Positions 23,758 to 39,200 of a stretch of 64,000 nucleotides of DNA are shown here, one piece after another. The stretch is taken from contig JAXLNO010000087.1 in NCBI GenBank assembly GCA_038087875.1, positions 186,001-250,000 on the forward strand, written 5' to 3'. The notes under the pieces are model-generated. The model saw only the letters and a list, made by a program, of their open reading frames with translations. It had not been told where the DNA came from and made no database searches. The translations under genes were made by a program, and so were the position numbers. Source of the stretch: Malacoraja senta (lineage: Eukaryota). The number at the start of each line of letters is the position of its first letter. Positions within the stretch are counted from its first letter, which is position 1.

Positions 23758-26700
23758 ATACGGTATAACTAGATGACGTTGAATTGGCAGTCGCATGATT
23801 GGCAAATTTATAAAAACTACTTTTTATCTGATGGTTAGATATCAACGTATTTGCAGAGCAATTCTCAACCACGGCTAGAAATGAAGGATTCCCATCTGGT
23901 GATAACGTGTTCCCTTTCACTTCATTTCCTGCAGAGGAACAGGACGCAGGACTCTTCTGGGAGCTCCTAAGTGACGTCAGGACCAGTGTGGTCACACCAA
24001 ATTTAAAGAGGGCAGATTAACCTGCAAACCTGCACGTGTTTGGGTGGCCTTTATAACAAGGCCACCCCACATGTTGGCCTTTATAACAAGAGGAATCGAA
24101 TATGGGAGCAAAGAGGTCCTTCTGCAGTTGTGCAGACCCTTAGTGAGATCACATCTGGAGTATTGTGTGCAGTTTTGGTCCCCTAATATGAGGAAGGACA
24201 TTCTTGCTATTGAAGGAGTGCAGCGTAGGTTTACAAGGTTAATTCCCGGGTTGGCGGGACTGTCATATGCTGAGAGAATGGAGCAGCTGGGCTTGTACAC
24301 TCTGGAGTTTAGAAGGATGAGAGGGGTATCTCATTGAAACATATAAGATTGTTATGGGCTTGGACACGCTAGAGGCAGGAAACATGTTCCCGATGTTGGG
24401 GGAGTCCAGAACCAGGGGCCACAGTTTAAGAAAAAGGAATAAGCCATTTAGAACGGAGATGAGGAAACACTTTTTCTCACAGAGAGTGGTGAGTCTGCGG
24501 AATTCTCTGCCTCAGAGGGCGGTGGAGGCAGGTTCTCTGGATGCTTTCAAGAGAGAGCTAGATGGGGCTCTTAAAAATAGCGAAGTCAGGGAATATGGGG
24601 AGAAGGCAGGATCGGGGTACTGATTGGGGATGATCAGCCATGATCACATTGAATGGCCGTGCTGGCTCGAAGGGCCGAATGGCCTACTCCTGCACGTATT
24701 GTCTATTGTTGAACGTTACATTTGTAACAGTAATAAACCTCTTGAAAAAGCCATGGGACGTGAAGACATTAAATGAAATGTACAAGTTAAATCAATAATA
24801 AATAGGTATGACTAAAATAGGGTTGACCCATTATAAACGCACTTACTGGCAGGCCTCTGTGTTAAACAGGCATCACATGATTTGGCTGCTGGTGCATTGA
24901 TTAGAGTACAAAGCTGACACGTCCACTCTTCCTCTTCTTGTTTGGCAATGGTATCTGTAGACTGACCTGGAGAGCCCTGTGCCCAAGTGACCAGGCTATT
25001 CCGTTGATGAAAATTACTGTTTAGAAACAAAATTTGTTTAGGCTCAGCTTTGCATGTTATCCAATCTGATTAGATAATACTAGACATAAATACAATCAAG
25101 TCAAACTTAAATACAACAGATAGAGCAAAGGGGAAGATACAGAGTGCAGAATATAGTTCTCAGCATTGTAGCGCATCAGTTCCAGAAACAAAGGCCAATG
25201 TCCCGCAATGGGGTAGAGGTGAATTGGACAGTAGCCCAGCCTGATAACAGAGGGAAAGAAGCTATTCCCGACTCTGGTGGTGCACACTTTCTTCTGTATC
25301 TCCTGCCTGACGAGAGCAGGGAGATGAAGGAATAACCAGGATGGAAAAGGTCTTTGATAACATTGGCTGCCTTCCTGACGGAGAGTGAAGAGTAGATTAG
25401 TTAATGGTGGGAAATCTGGTCAGTGTGATGGACTGGCGGCATCTACAACTCTCTGCGATGTGTTGTGATCTTGGACAGAGTTGTTCCCAAACCAAGATGT
25501 GATGGTACCCGACAGTATGTGCGCAAGTTAGAGGAGCACCTCATATTTCGCTTGAGTAGTTTGCACCCCAACGGCATGAACGTTGACTTCACTAATTTTA
25601 GATAGCCCTTGCTTTCTCACTCCTTCCCAGTTCTTCCACGTCCTACTGTCTCCACCTACTTCTTTCCTTCTCTCCATAGACGCTGCCGCACCCACTGAGT
25701 TTCTCCAGCATTTTTGTCTACCTTAGTATGTTTTCTATATTCATTGGTGACTCGGACTATCTTTGATCAAAATTTGCTGGCTTAACCTTGTGCTAAACGT
25801 TATTCCCTTAGCATGTATCCATACACTGTAATGGTTGTAATAATGTATTGTCTTTCTGCTGACTGGTTAGCACGCAGTTAGAAGTTTTTTACTGTACCTC
25901 GGTACACGTGACAATAAACTAAACTGAACTATAGTGTATGTGTAGATGTTTGAGAAAGTCATTGGAGACATGAAAAATTTCCTCACTCCTCAGGAAGTAG
26001 AGTCTATTGTGTGTCTTTTTGGCTGTTGCATCAGTGGGTCTGGTTCATGTTAAAAGCCTAAATAATGCCATAGATATTAAAGTTAGATTTAGCTCTTAGG
26101 GCTAAGGGAATCAAGGGACATGGGGGGGGAAAGCCAGAACTGGGTACTGATTGGGGATGATCAGCCATGATCACATTGAATGGCGGTTCTCGTCGAAGGG
26201 CCGAATGGCCTACTCCTGCACCTATTTTCTAAAACAGATTGTTCAGAAAAGAAAATGCTATTCCCCTTATAACCTTATGGGAAAAGTGTCAGAATTTAAG
26301 ATTTTATTTCAATAACAGCGTGCTTATTTACACTGTATTCACAGACAATGCAATAGAGTTTAGAAATAAAGACACCACCGTGTCCACCAACTCCAGAGCC
26401 AAATATAAAACTCAGCCGGCCGGGCGGCACCTGCGAGGGAACGGACCAGGAGCCGCCCCGGGCCAGGGCTCCCCCCCAACAGGAAGGAACCGCAGATGCA
26501 GCCGTCCCTGTAAAACGCCAAATAATTCCGGGAATGCCGAGGCAAGAGGGTGAGAGAGAGGGAGTGAGAGAGTAAGAGAGAGAGAGAGAGAGACGAGATA
26601 GGGAGCGTGAGAGAGAGCGCGCGAGAGAGAGAGGGAGGGAGGGAGAGAGCGAAAGACAGAGAGACACAGCAAGAGAGGGAGAGAGCGAGGGAGAGAGGGG

Positions 26701-27250
26701 AGAGAGACAGAGAGCGAGACAGACACCAGCCCCCCAACCCCAAGCACCGCGGCAAACCAACGCCAACACAAACACTCATCTTGAAACCGAAAACACCAAT
26801 GGATTTAATCTGTTACAATCCCCAGAGGTACTGCATGACCCTTCCCGTTCCTGCATTTTCCAAGCAGCAAGATCCCAAGTCAACCCCACAGGGCCACCAC
26901 CCCTCCATTGGCGAGTGGCATGCCAACGAAACAGGAAGTTGGGCCGATCCCGGCCGCTCCTACCTGCCCGCTGAACCTCGGCCGGTACAGCGGTGACTCA
27001 TTGTTACGATTATCTTTGGTCGATTTTGCCTTGTTAAATACGGACTAAATAAATCTGTATTTAACAACACAAAATCGCACATCTTATCGCATTTCCGTAT
27101 AAAATCCGTACTATTTGGCAGCTCTGCAAGGACTGAAGCAGGCCTCTGAATATACAATTTTTCAACAAAGTAAAACAGGCAAACCAATTAAGGTACCCTA
27201 AGTGGTGACGCCAATGCCATCACAACCGTTTGAATGCATACAGATTGATC
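23758..27250. repeat. Amplified unit, direct copy 4
   Basis: Sequence identity to the other copies; its CR1 ORF is frameshifted (gaggggtatc). Confidence 0.92.
24847..25016 (-). pseudogene. NEIL3: Duplicated NEIL3 exon 7
   Basis: 170 nt, ag/gt intact, open frame. Confidence 0.88.
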
Positions 27251-30200
27251 GAGCCGCTAAACCCCAATGCCAGCTGCTGAACCCCAGCGCCAGCCGCTGA
27301 ACCTCAACGCCAGCCGCTAAACCTCAACGCCAGCCGCTAAACCTCAACGCCAGCCGCTAAACCGCAACGCCAGCCGCTAAATCCCAACGCCAGCCGCTCA
27401 ACCCCAACGCCAGCCGCTAAACCCCAAGGCCAGCCGCTAAACCCCAACACCAGCCGCTAAACCCCAAAGCCAGCCGTTAAACCTCAACGCCAGCCGCTGA
27501 TCCCCAACGCCAGCCGCGAAAGCTCAACGCCAGTCACTAAACCCCAACGACAGCCGCAAATCCCAACGGCAGCCGCTAAACCACAAAACCGGCCGCTAAA
27601 CCTCAAAGCCGGCCGCTAAACCACAACGCCGGCCGCTAAACAACAAGGCCGGCCGCTGCACCTCAACGCCTGCCGCTGCACCCCAACACCTGCCGCTAAC
27701 CCCCAACGCCAGCCGCTCACCCCCAACGCCAGCCGCTAAACACCATCAGCGGCCGTTAAACATCAACGGCAGCCGTTTAACACCAACGGCAGCCGTTAAA
27801 CACCAACGGCACCCGTTAAACACCAACGGCAGCCGCTATACCGCTATGCCAGCCGCTGCACCCCAACGCCAGCCGCTAAACACCAACGCCAGCCAATAAC
27901 CCCCAAAGCCAGCCACTAACCCCCAACGCCAGCCGCTAAACACCAACAGCGGCCATTAAACATCAACGGCAGCCGTTAAACACCAACGGCAGCCGTTAAA
28001 CACCAACGGCAGCCGCTATACTGCAATGCCAGCCGCTGCACCCCAACGCCAGCCGCTAAACACCAACGCCAGCCGTTAAACACCAACGGCAGCCGCTAAA
28101 CCGCAACGCCAGCCGCTATACCCCAAAGCAGTTCCTAAACCCCAACGCCATGCGCTGCACCCCAACACCATCCGCGAAACCCCAACGCAAGCCGCTGCAC
28201 CCCAACGCTAGCCTCGAAAACCCAACGCCACCCGTTCAACCACAATGCCAGCCGCTGCCTCCAAAGTCAGCCTCGAAAACCCGCCAGCCGCTAAACCGCA
28301 ACTCCAGCCGCTAAATCCCAACGCCAGCCGGTCAACCCAACGCCCGCTGCTCAACCCCAACGCCAGCGGCTAAACCCCAACGCCAGCCGCTAAACCCCAA
28401 AGCCAGCCGTTACTCAACGCCAGCCGCTAAATCTCAACGCCGGCCACTAAACCACTACGCCGGCCGCTAAACAACAAGGCCGGCCGCTGCACCCCAATGC
28501 CTGCCGCTGCACCCCAACACCTGCCGTTGCACCCCAACACCTGCCGCTAACCCCCAACGCAGCCGCTCAACCCCAACACCAGCCGATAACCCCCAAAGCC
28601 AGCCATTAAACACCAACGGCAGCCATTAAACACCAACGGCAGCCGCTAAACCCCAACGGCAGCCGCTAAACACCAACGCCAGCCGCTGAACCCCAACGTC
28701 AGCCGCTGAACGCCAACGCCAGCCGCTGAACCCCAGCTCCAGCCGCTGAACCCCAGCTCCAGCCGCTGAACCCCAGCGCCAGCTGCTGAACCCCGCCAGC
28801 CGCTATCCCCCGCCAGCTGCTAAACCCCAACGGCAGCCGCTAAACCCCAACGCCAGCCGATCAACTCCAACGGCAGATGATTAACCTCGACGCCAGCCGC
28901 TAAACCACGACGCCAGCCTCGCAAACTCAATGCCATCCTCGCAACCCCAACGTCAGCGCTGAATGCCAACGCCAGCCGCTGAACCCCAGCGCCAGCCGCT
29001 AAACCCCAACGCCAGCTGCTAAACCCCAACGCCAGCCGCTAAATCCCAATGCCAGCCGCTAAACCGCAACGGCAGCTGTTAAACCCCAACGCCAGCTGTT
29101 AAACCCCAACGCCAGCTGCTAAACCCCAATGCCAGCCGCTAAACCGCAACTCCAGCCGCTAAATCCCAACGCCAGCCGCAAAACCCCAACGCCAGCTGCT
29201 AAACCCCAACGCCAGCTGCAAAACCCCAAAGACAGCCGCTAAATCCCAACGCCAGCCGCTAATCCCCAATGCCAGCCGCTACACCACAACGCCAGGCAGC
29301 CTCGAAAACCAAACGGCAGCCGCTCAACCCCAACGTCAGCCGCTCAACCCCAACGTCAGCTGCTCAACCACATCTCCAGCCGCTCAACCCCAACACCAGC
29401 CGCTCAACCCCAACGGCAGCCGCTAAACCCCAACGGCAGCCGCAAAACCCCAACGTCAGCTTCGAAACCCCAACGGCCGCCGCAAAACCCCAACGGCAGC
29501 CTCGAAACCCCATCGCCAGCCGCTAAACCCCCGCCAGCCGCTAAACACCAACGGCAGCCATTAAACACCAACGCCAGCCGCTAAACCCCAAAGCAGTTGC
29601 TAAACCCCAAGCCCATCCGCTACACCCCAACGGCATCCGCTGCACCCCAACCCCTCACCCCAACATAGGCCGCTCAACCCCAACGCCACCCGCTAAAGAC
29701 CAACGGCAGTCGCTAAACCCCATTGCCAGCTGCTAAACCACATTGCCAGCCGCTCAACCCCCCCAGCCCCGAAACCTCAATGGCAGCCCCGAAAGTCCAC
29801 CGCCAGCCGCTCAACCCCAACGGCAGCCGCTCAACCCCAACGGCAGCCACGAAACCCCAACGGCAGCCTCGAAACCCCAACGCCAGCCTCTGAACCCCGC
29901 CAGCCTCTGAACCCCAACGCCAGCCGCGAAGCCCCAACGCCAGCCGCGAAGCCCCAACGCCAGCCGCTAACCCCTAAAGCCAGCCGCTAACCCCTAAAGC
30001 CAGCCGCTAACCCTCAACGCCAGCCGCTCAACCCCAATGCCAGCCGCTCAACCCCAACGCCTGCAGATAAACCCCAACGGCAGCCGCTAAACCCTAACGG
30101 CAGCCTCGAAACCCCAACGGCAGACTCGAAACCTCAACGGCAGCCTCGAAACCCCAACGGTAGCCTCGAAACCCCAACGGCAGCCTCGAAACGCCAACGC

Positions 30201-33200
30201 CAGCCTCGAAACCCCAACTCCAGCCTCGAAACCCCAACACCAGCCTCGAAACCGCAACGGCAGCCTCGAATCCCCAACGCCAGCCTCGAAACCCCAACGC
30301 CAGCCTCCATACCCCAACCCCGATACACCAACTCAGCCTCGAAACCCCAACGCCAGCTTCGAAACCACAACGCCAGCCACGGAACCCCAACGCCAGCCAC
30401 GGAACCCCAACGCCAGCCTCGGAACCCCAATGCCAGCCGCGAAACACCAGCCGCGAAACCCCAAAACCAGCCGCTAATCCCCAACGCCAGCCGCTAACCC
30501 CCAACGCCAGCCGCTAACCCCAAACGCCAGCAGCTCAACCCCAACGCCAGCCGCTCAACCCCAACGCCAGCCGCTCAACCCGAACGCCTGCAGCTAAACC
30601 GCAACGGCAGCCGCTAAACCCCAACGTCACTAGAAACCCCAACGCCAGCCTCGAAACCCCAACGGCAGCCTCGAAACCCCAACGCCAGCCTCGAAACCCC
30701 AAAACCAGCCACGAAACCCCAACACCAGCCTCGAAACCCCAACGCCAGCCGCGAAAACCCCAACGCCACCCGCTACCCCCCAACGCCAGCCGCTAATCCC
30801 CAACGCCAGCCGTGAAGCCCCAACGTCAGCCGCGAAGCCCCAACGCCAGGCCCTAACCCTAAATCCAGCCACTAACCCCCAACGCCAGCCGCTCAACCCC
30901 AACGCCAGCCGCACAAACCCAACGCCTGCAGGTAAACCCCAATGGCAGCCGCTAAACCCCAACGGCAGCATCGAAACCCCAACGGCAGCCTCGGAACCCC
31001 AACGGCAGCATCTGAACCCCAACGGCAGCCGCAGAACCCCAACGCCAGCCACGAAACCCCAACGACAGCCGCTAACCCCCAACGACAGCTGCTAAACCCC
31101 AACGGCAGCCGCTAAACCCCAATGCCAGGCAGCCTCGAAACCCCAATGGCAGCCGCTCAACCCCAACGGCAGCCGCTCAACCACCGCCAGCCGTTCAACC
31201 CCAACGCCAGCCGCTCAACCCCAACGGCAGCCGCTCAACCCCAACCAGCAGCCGCTCAACCCCAACGGCAGCCTCGAAACCCCAACGGCAGCCTCGAAAC
31301 CCCAACGGCAGCCTCGAAACCCCAACGGCAGCCTCGAAACGCCAACACCAGCCTCGAAACCCCAACTCAGCCTCGAAACCCCAAAGCCAGCTTCGAAACC
31401 ACAACGCCAGCCACGGAACCCCGACGCCAGCCACGGAACCCCAACGCCAGCCTCGGAACCCCACCGCCAGCCGCTGAACCACAAAGCCAGCCTCTGAACC
31501 CCAACGCCAGCCTCTGAACCCCAACGCCAGCCGCGAAACACCAGCCGCGAAACCCCAACACCAGCCGCTAAGCCCCAACGCCAGCCGCTAATACCCAACG
31601 CCAGCCGCTAATCACCAACGCCAGCTTCAAAACCACAACGCCAGCCTCGCAACCTCAATGCCATCCTCGCAACCCCAACGTCAGCGCTGAATGCCAACGC
31701 CAGCCGCTGAACCCCAGCGCCAGCCGCTAAACCCCAACGCCAGCTGCTAAACCCCAACGCCAGCCGCTAAAATGCAACGGCAGCCGCTAAACCCCAACGC
31801 CAGCTGCTAAACCCCGCCAGCCGCTAAACCGCAACTCCAGCCGCTAAACGCCAACGCCAGCCTCGAAACCCCAACTCAGCCTCGAAACCCCAACGCCAGC
31901 TTCGAAACCACAACGCCAGCCACGGAACCCCGACGCCAGTCACGGGACCCCAACGCCAGCCTCGGAACCCCACCGCCAGCCGCTGAACCACAAAGCCAGC
32001 CTCTGAACCCCAACGCCAGCCGCAAAAACGCCAACGCCAGCCGCGAAACACCAGCCGCGAAACCCCAACACCAGCCGCTAAGCCCCAACGCCAGCCGCTA
32101 ATACCCAACGCCAGCCGCTAATCCCCAACGCCAGCTTCAAAACCACAACGCCAGCCTCGCAACCTCAATGCCATCCTCGCAACCCCAACGTCAGCGCTGA
32201 ATGCCAACGCCAGCCGCTGAACCCCAGCGCCAGCCGCTAAACCCCAACGCCAGCTGCTAAACCCCAACGCCAGCCGCTAAAACGCAACGGCAGCCGCTAA
32301 ACGCCAACGCCAGCTGCTAAACCCCAACGCCAGCCGCTAAACCGCAACTCCAGCCGCTAAATCCCAACGCCAGCCGCAAAACCCCAACGCCAGCCGCAAA
32401 ACCCCAACGCCAGCTGCTAAACCCCAACGCCAGCCGCTAAACCCCAAAGACAGCCGCTAAATCCCAACGCCAGCCGCTAATCCCCAATGCCAGCCGCTGC
32501 ACCACAACGCCAGGCAGCCTCGAAAACCAAACGGCAGCCGCTCAACCCCAACGGCAGCCGCTCAACCCCAACGTCAGCCGCTCAACCACATCTCCAGCCG
32601 CTCAACCCCAACGGCAGCCGCTCAACCCCAACGTCAGTCGCTCAACCACATCTCCAGCCGCTCAACCCCAACACCAGCCGCTCAACACCAACGGCAGCCG
32701 CTAAACCCCAACGGCAGCCTCGAAACCCCAATGCCAGCCTCTGAACCCTAACGCCAACGCCAGCCTCGGAACCCCAACGCCAGCCTCGGAACCCCAACGC
32801 CAGCCTCTGAAACCCAACGCCAGCCTCTGAACCCCGCCAGCCTCTGAACCCTAACGCATCCGCGAAGCCCCAACGCCAGCCGCTAACCCCTAAAGCCAGC
32901 CGCTAACCCTCAACGCCAGCCGCTCAACCCCAATGCCAGCCGCTCAACCCCAACGCCTGCAGGTAAACCCCAACGGCAGCCGCTAAACCCCAACAGCAGC
33001 CTCGAAACCCCAACGGCAGACTCGAACCCAACGTCAGCCTCGAAACCCCAACGGCAGCCGCTCAACCACATCTCCAGCCGCTCAACCCCAACACCAGCCG
33101 CTCAACCCCAACGACAGCCGCTAAACCCCAACGGCCGCCGCAAAACCCCAACGTCAGCCTCAAAACCCCAACACCAGCCGCTCAACCCCAAACGGCAGCC

Positions 33201-36200
33201 GCTCAACCCCAACACCAGCCGCAAAACCCCAACGTCAGCCTCGAAACCCCAACGGCCGCCGCGAAACCCCAACGGCAGCCTCGAAACCCCAACGCCAGCC
33301 TCGGAGCCCCAACGCCAGCCTCGGAACCCCAACGCCAGCCTCGGAACCCCAACGCCACCCTCGGAACCCCAACGCCAGCCTCTGAACCCCAACGCCAGCC
33401 ACTATACCCCAAAGCAGTTGCTAAACCCCAAGCCCATCCGCTACACCTCAACACCATCCGCTGCACCCCAACGCAAGCCGCTGCACCCCAACGCCATCCC
33501 CGAAAAACCAACGGCAGCCGCTCACCGCCAACCGCTGCACCCCAACGCCAGCCTCAAAAAACCAACGCCAGCTGCTGCACCACAACGCCAGCCGCTGCAC
33601 CCCAATGCCAGGCATCCTCGAAACCCCAATGGCAGCCGCTCAACCCCAACGGCAGCCGCTCAACCACCGCCAGCCGTTCAACCCCAAGGCCAGCCGCTCA
33701 ACCCCAACGGCAGCCGCTCAACCCCAACGGCAGCCTCGTAACCCCAACGGCAGCCTCGAAACCCCAACGGCAGCCTCGAAACCCCAACGGCAGCCTCGAA
33801 ACCCCAGGGGCAGCCTCGAAACCCCAACGCCAGCCTCTGAACCCTAACGCCAACGCCAGCCTCGGAACCCCAACGCCAGCCTCGGAACCCCAACGCCAGC
33901 CTCTGAACCCCAACGCCAGCCTCTGAACCCCGCCAGCCTCTGAACCCCAACGCAGCCGCGAAGCCCCAACGCCAGCCGCTAACCCCTAAAGCCAGGCGCT
34001 AACCCTCAACGCCAGCCGCTCAACCCCAATGCCAGCCGCTCAACCCCAACGCCTGCAGGTAAACCCCAACGGCAGCCGCTAAACCCCAACGGCAGCCTCG
34101 AAACCCCAACGGCAGACTCGAAACCCCAACGGCAGCCTCGAAACCCCAACGGCAGCCTCGAAACCCCAACGGCAGCCTCGAAACCCCAACGGCAGCCTCG
34201 AAACCCCAACGGCAGCCTCGAAATGCCAACGCCAGCCTCGAAACCCCAACGCCAGCTTCGAAACCACAACGCCAGCCACGGAACCCCAACGCCAGCCACG
34301 GAACCCCAACGCCAGGCTCGGAACCCCACCGCCAGCCGCTGAACCCCAAAGCCAGCCTCTGAACCCCAACGCCAGCCGCAAAAACGCCAACGCCAGCCGC
34401 AAAACACCAGCCGCGAAACCCCAACACCAGCCGCTAAGCCCCAACGCCAGCCGCTAATACCCAACGCCAGCCGCTAATCCCCAACGCCAGCCGCTAACCC
34501 CAAACGCCAGCAGCTCAACCCCAACGCCAGCCGCTCAACCCGAACGCCTGCAGGTAAACCCCAACGGCAGCTGCTAAACCCGTACGCCTGCAGGTAAACC
34601 CCAACGGCAGCTGGTAAACCCCAACGGCAGCATCGAAACCCCAACGCCAGCCTCGGAACCCCAACGCCACCCTCGGAACCCCAACGCCAGCCTCTGAACC
34701 CCAACGCCAGCCACTATACCCCAAAGCAGCCTCGAAACCCAAACGGCAGCCTCGAAACCCCAACGGCAGCCTCGAAACCCCAACGGCAGCCTCGAAACCC
34801 CAACGGCAGCCTCGAAACCCCAACGCCAGCCTCTGAACCCTAACACCAACGCCAGCCTCGAAACCCCAACGGCCGCCGCGAAACCCCAACGGCAGCCTCG
34901 AAACCCCAACGGCAGCCTCGAAACCCCATCGCCAGCCGCTAAACCCCCGCCAGCCGCGAAACCCCAACGTCAGCCGCGGAGCCCCAACGCCAGCCCCTAA
35001 CCCCTAAATCCAGCCGCTAACCTCCAACGCCAGCCTCGGAACCCCAACGCCAGCCTCTGAACCCCAACGCCAGCCTCTGAATCCCAATGCCAGCCTCTGA
35101 ACCCCAACGCCAGCCTCGAAACCCCAACTCCAGCCTTGAAACCCCAACGGCAGCCGCTCAACCCCAACGTCAGCCGCTCAACCACATCTCCAGCCACTCA
35201 ACCCCAACACCAGCCGCTCAACCCCAACGGCAGCCGCTAAACCCCAACGGCCGCCGCAAAACCCCAACGTCAGCCTCGAAACCCCAACACCAGCTGCTCA
35301 ACCCCAAACGGCAGCCGCTCAACCCCAACACCAGCCGCAAAACCCCAACGTCAGCCTCGAAACCCCAACGGCCGCCGCGAAACCCCAACGGCAGCCTCGA
35401 AACCCCAACGGCAGCCTCGAAACCCCATCGCCAGCCGCTAAACCCCCGCCAGCCGCTAAACCCCAACGCCAGCCGCTAAACACCAACGGCAGCCATTAAA
35501 CACCAACGCCAGCCACTAAACCCCAAAGCCAGCCGCTATACCCCAAAGCAGTTGCTAAACCCCAAGCCCATCCGCTGCACCCCAACGCAAACCGCTGCAC
35601 CCCAACGCCATCCCCGAAAACCCAACGGCAGCCGCTCAGCGCCAACGCCAGCCGCTGCACCCCAATGCCAGCCTCAAAAAACCAACGCCAGCTGCTGCAC
35701 CACAACGCCAGCCGCTGCACCCCAATGCCAGGCAGCCTCGAAACCCCAATGGCAGCCGCTCAACCCCAACGGCAGCCGCTCAACCACCGCCAGCCGTTCA
35801 ACCCCAACCGCTCAACCCCAACGGCAGCCGCTCAACCCCAACCGGCAGCCGCTCAACCCCAACGGCAGCCTCGAAACCCAAACGGCAGCCTCGAAACCCC
35901 AACGGCAGCCTCGAAACCCCAACGGCAGCCTCGAAACCCCAACGGCAGCCTCGAAACCCCAACGCCAGCCTCTGAACCCTAACGCCAACGCCAGCCTCGA
36001 AACCCCAACGGCCGCCGCGAAACCCCAATGGCAGCCTCGAAACCCCAACGGCAGCCTCGAAACCCCATCGCCAGCCGCTAAACCCCCGCCAGCCGCTAAA
36101 CCCCAACGCCAGCCGCTAAACACCAACGGCAGCCATTAAACACCAACGCCAGCCACTAAACCCCAAAGCCAGCCGCTATACCCCAAAGCAGTTGCTAAAC

Positions 36201-39200
36201 CCCAAGCCCATCTGCTACACCCCAACACCATCCGCTGCACCCCAACGCAAACCGCTGCACCCCAACGCCATCCCCAAAAACCCAACGGCAGCCGCTCAGC
36301 GCCAACGCCAGCCGCTGCACCCCAATGCCAGCCTCAAAAAACCAACGCCAGCTGCTGCACCACAACGCCAGCCGCTGCACCCCAATGCCAGGCAGCCTCG
36401 AAACCCCAATGGCAGCCGCTCAACCCCAACGGCAGCCGCTCAACCACCGCCAGCCATTCAACCCCAACGGCAGCCGCTCAACCCCAACCGGCAGCCGCTC
36501 AACCCCAACGGCAGCCTCGAAACCCAAACGGCAGCCTCGAAACCCCAACGGCAGCCTCGAAACCCCAACGGCAGCCTCGAAACCCCAACGGCAGCCTCGA
36601 AACCCCAACGCCAGCCTCTGAACCCTAACGCCAACGCCAGCCTCGGAACCCCAACGCCAGCCTCGGAACCCCAACGGCCGCCTCTGAACCCCAACACCAG
36701 CCTCTGAACCCCGCCAGCCTCTGAACCCCAACGCAGCCGCGAAGCCCCAACGCCAGCCGCTAACCCCTAAAGCCAGCCGCTAACCCTCAACGCCAGCCGC
36801 TCAACCCCAATGCCAGCCGCTCAACCCCAACGCCTGCAGGTAAACCCCAACGGCAGCCGCTAAACCCCAACGGCAGCCTCGAAACCCCAACGGCAGACTC
36901 GAAACCCCAACGGCAGCCTCGAAACCCCAACGGCAGCCTCGAAACCCCAACGGCAGCCTCGAAACCCCAACGGCAGCCTCGAAACGCCAACGCCAGCCTC
37001 GAAACCCCAACTCAGCCTCAAAACCCCAACGCCAGCTTCGAAACCACAACACCAGCCACGGAACCCCAACGCCAGCCACGGAACCCCAACGCCAGCCTCG
37101 GAACCCCACTGCCAGCCACGGAACCCCAAAGCCAGCCTCTGAACCCCAACGCCAGCCTCTGAACCCCAACGCCAGCCGCAAAAACGGCAACGCCAGCCGC
37201 GAAACACCAGCCGCGAAACCCCAACACCAGCCGCTAAGCCCCAATGCCAGCCGCTAATACCCAATGCCAGCCGCTAATCCCCAACGCCAGCCGCTAACCC
37301 CAAACGCCAGCCGCTCAACCCCAACGCCAGCCGCTCAACCCGAACGCCTGCAGCTAAACCGCAACGGCAGTCGCTAAACCCCAACGTCACTAGAAACCCC
37401 AACGCCAGCCTCGAAACCCCAACGGCAGCCTCGAAACCCCAACGCCAGCCTCGAAACCCCAACGCCAGCCACGAAACACCAAAGCCAGCCTCGATACCCC
37501 AACGCCAGCCGCGAAAACCCCAACACCACCCGCTACCCCCAACGCCAGCCGCGAAAACCCCAACACCACCCGCTACCCCCAACGCCAGCCGCTAATCCCC
37601 AACGCCAGCCGCTCAACCCCCAACGCCAGCCGCTCAACCCGAACGCCTGCAGGTAAACCCCAACGGCAGCCTCGAAACCCCAACGGCAGCCTCGAAACCC
37701 CAGCGGCAGCCTCGAAACCCCAACGCCAGCCTCTGAACCCTAACGCCAACGCCAGCCTCGGAACCCCAACGCCAGCCTCGGAAACCCAACGCCAGCCTCT
37801 GAACCCCAACGCCAGCCTCTGAACCCCGCCAGCCTCTGAACCCCAACGCAGCCGCGAAGCCCCAATGCCAGCCGCTAACCCCTAAAGCCAGGCGCTAACC
37901 CTCAACGCCAGCCGCTCAACCCCAATGCCAGCCGCTCAACCCCAACGCCTGCAGGTAAACCCCAACGGCAGCCGCTAAACTCCAACGGCAGCCTCGAAAC
38001 CCCAACGGCAGACTCGAAACCCCAACGGCAGCCTCGATACCCCAACGGCACCCTCGAAACCCCAACGGCAGCCTCGAAACCCCAACGGCAGCCTCGAAAC
38101 GCCAACGCCAGCCTCGAAACCCCAACTCAGCCTAGAAACCCCAACGCCAGCCGCTGAACCCCAAAGCCAGCCTCTGAACCCCAACGCCAGCCTCTGAACC
38201 CCAACGCCAGCCGCAAAAACGCCAACGCCAGCCGCGAAACCCCAACACCAGCCGCTAAGCCCCAACGCCAGCCGCTAATACCCAACGCCAGCCGCTAATC
38301 CCCAACGCCAGCCGCTAACCCCAAACGCCAGCAGCTCAACCCCAACGCCAGCCGCTCAACCCGAACGCCTGCAGGTAAACCCCAACGGCAGCTGCTAAAC
38401 CCGAACGCCTGCAGGTAAACCCCAACGGCAGCTGCTAAACCCCAACGGCAGCATCGAAACCCCAACGGCAGCCTCGAAACCCCAACGGCAGGCCCGAAAC
38501 GCCAACGCCAGCCGCGAAGCCCCAACGCCTGCAGGTACACCCCAACGCCTGCAGCTAAACCCCAACGGCAGCCAAGAAACCCCAACGCCAGCCTCGCAAC
38601 CCCAATGCCAGCCTCGGAATCCCCAACGCCAGCCGCTCAACCCCAACGCCAGCCTCTGAACCCCAACGCCAGCCTCTGAACACCAACGCCAGCCTCTAAC
38701 CCCAACGCCAGCCTCTGAACCCCAACGCCAGCCGCGAAACCCCAACGTCAGCCGCGAAGCCCCAACGCCAGCCCCTAACCCCTAAATCCAGCCGCTAACC
38801 TCCAACGCCAGCCTCGGAACCCCAACGCCAGCCTCTGAACCCCAACGCCAGCCTCTGAATCCCAACGCCAGCCTCTGAACCCCAACGCCAGCCTCGAAAC
38901 CCCAACTCCAGCCTCGAAACCCCAACGGCAGCCGCTCAACCCCAACGTCAGCCGCTCAACCACATCTCCAGCCACTCAACCCCAACACCAGCCGCTCAAC
39001 CCCAACGGCAGCCGCTAAACCCCAACGGCCGCCGCAAAACCCCAACGTCAGCCTCGAAACCCCAACACCAGCCGCTCAACCCCAAACGGCAGCCGCTCAA
39101 CCCCAACACCAGCCGCAAAACCCCAACGTCAGCCTCGAAACCCCAACGGCCGCCGCGAAACCCCAACGGCAGCCTCGAAACCCCAACGGCAGCCTCGAAA

